Under the pieces are notes generated by a model. It was not told the DNA's origin, ran no database searches, and saw only the letters and a program-made list of their open reading frames with translations. Both the position numbers and the translations under genes were made by a program. 48,264 bases of DNA from Candidatus Parcubacteria bacterium. GTDB taxonomy: Bacteria > Patescibacteriota > Minisyncoccia > Phycocordibacterales > CAIZLB01. Shown in pieces: positions 47,464 to 48,264 of this stretch; the stretch's first letter is position 1; every line of letters begins with the position of its first letter. Where the stretch lies: positions 1 to 48,264 of the forward strand of contig JBDKKY010000003.1 of NCBI GenBank assembly GCA_039795875.1, written 5' to 3'.

Positions 47464-47519
47464 CCCGTGACGTCATCTCTTGTCCCCCAAAAGGACCCAT
47501 GACGTTACGGGGATTTTTT
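47464..47519 (+). terminator. Intrinsic terminator
   Basis: CCCGTGACGTCAT...ATGACGTTACGGG then T tract. Confidence 0.8.
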
Positions 47520-47525
47520 ATTGCA

Positions 47526-47552
47526 TCTCGTTGAAACGTAGTGTAAGCGGAT
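47526..47552 (+). repeat. 27-bp dispersed repeat copy 2 (followed by related hairpin CTCGCCGAAGCGGG at 47566-47579)
   Basis: TCTCGTTGAAACGTAGTGTAAGCGGAT, 21/27 identical to reverse complement of 29443-29469. Confidence 0.6.
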
Positions 47553-47635
47553 GCAACGGTTGCACCTCGCCGAAGCGGGGCGCAGGCGGGTGAACTTTCA
47601 TTTACTTTCCAAGGCTAAGACGATATAGTATTCCC

Positions 47636-48264
47636 ATGCCAGCGTCAAAAAAGACCTCAAAAGGGCCCGATAGTCACGAAGGAAAGATTGTCATTAAAGG
47701 TGCGCGAACCCACAATTTAAAAAATATTTCTTTGGAGATTCCAAGAAATCAATTGACTGTGATCACTGGACTATCAGGCTCAGGTAAGTCGTCTTTGGCG
47801 TTTGATACTATTTTTGCTGAAGGACAACGGCGATATGTCGAGTCTCTATCTTCATATGCCCGACAATTTTTAAAACAAATGCAAAAGCCAGATGTTGATG
47901 AGATCACTGGTTTGTCTCCAGCTATTTCTATCGATCAAAAATCTCGATCAAATAACCCACGATCTACAGTAGCCACTATTACGGAGATCTATGACTATTT
48001 ACGTATTTTATATGCCCGAATCGGAAAACCTCACTGTTTAGTCTGTGGTGATGAGATTAAAAAACTTTCAAAAGAACAGATCATCGACACTATTCATCAT
48101 ATTGTTTTAGGGTTGGATAAAGATACTCCAATACAAGAACCTGTGAAGAAGGCTAAGAAAAAAGAAGTCATGGGCATATTGGTTGATGATAAGATGTTTA
48201 AGATCTACGCTCCGCTCGTTATCGGACGAAAAGGTGAGTACTATCAGATGTTATATGATTTGCT
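47636..48264 (+). CDS. uvrA: Excinuclease ABC subunit A, 5' part
   Basis: [40 protein letters not shown]. Runs off the window end. Confidence 0.97.
   Translation, partial: MPASKKTSKGPDSHEGKIVIKGARTHNLKNISLEIPRNQLTVITGLSGSGKSSLAFDTIFAEGQRRYVESLSSYARQFLKQMQKPDVDEITGLSPAISIDQKSRSNNPRSTVATITEIYDYLRILYARIGKPHCLVCGDEIKKLSKEQIIDTIHHIVLGLDKDTPIQEPVKKAKKKEVMGILVDDKMFKIYAPLVIGRKGEYYQMLYDL

Noticed and set aside
1-48264. Alternative genetic code (TGA=Gly as in Gracilibacteria/Absconditabacteria, or CGA reassignment)
   Set aside because: Long conserved genes are intact under code 11, TGA ends kpsF and radC at expected positions, and CGA aligns to conserved Arg.
1-48264. CRISPR array, prophage, IS element, rRNA or tRNA
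   Set aside because: No regularly spaced repeats, phage or transposase motifs, or tRNA/rRNA signatures recognised by eye.

Overview
Chromosomal segment of an AT-rich bacterium using the standard genetic code (TGA = stop). The likely source is Patescibacteria/CPR (Parcubacteria-like). This is inferred from the truncated HolB, compact SecA, stand-alone rpoBC, reduced dcw cluster, absence of Shine-Dalgarno sites and many leaderless genes. Bases 1-12.2 kb hold a surface-glycan locus: AsnB-like amidotransferase, KpsF/GutQ isomerase, two GT4 glycosyltransferases, three methyltransferases, Wzx flippase and an O-antigen-ligase/TPR protein. The rest is mostly housekeeping: secA, AI-2E, MYG1, a Phd/RelE-like TA pair, rpoB, rpoC, yqeY, RNase P RNA, murJ, mscL, mreB, holB-like, mraZ-rsmH-ftsL-ftsI, pyk, radC, rsmI, DUF4015, dedA, uvrB and uvrA. 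Seven GC-richer accessory ORFs are interspersed; six are orphans and one is kinase-like. Each is built as a self-contained unit: sigma70 promoter, SD-less C/A-rich or hairpin leader (usually with a boxA-like motif), ORF, intrinsic terminator. Three units are followed by a shared short repeat. This cassette architecture is the best candidate for an undescribed system. Other notable items are an unannotated 26-aa histone-H1-like peptide gene with its own promoter and terminator, an unexplained three-way-junction RNA, CGA-dominated Arg usage, rifampicin-pocket substitutions in RpoB and a pyruvate kinase lacking a conserved active-site Arg. All assignments come from motif recognition by eye; no database searches were run.
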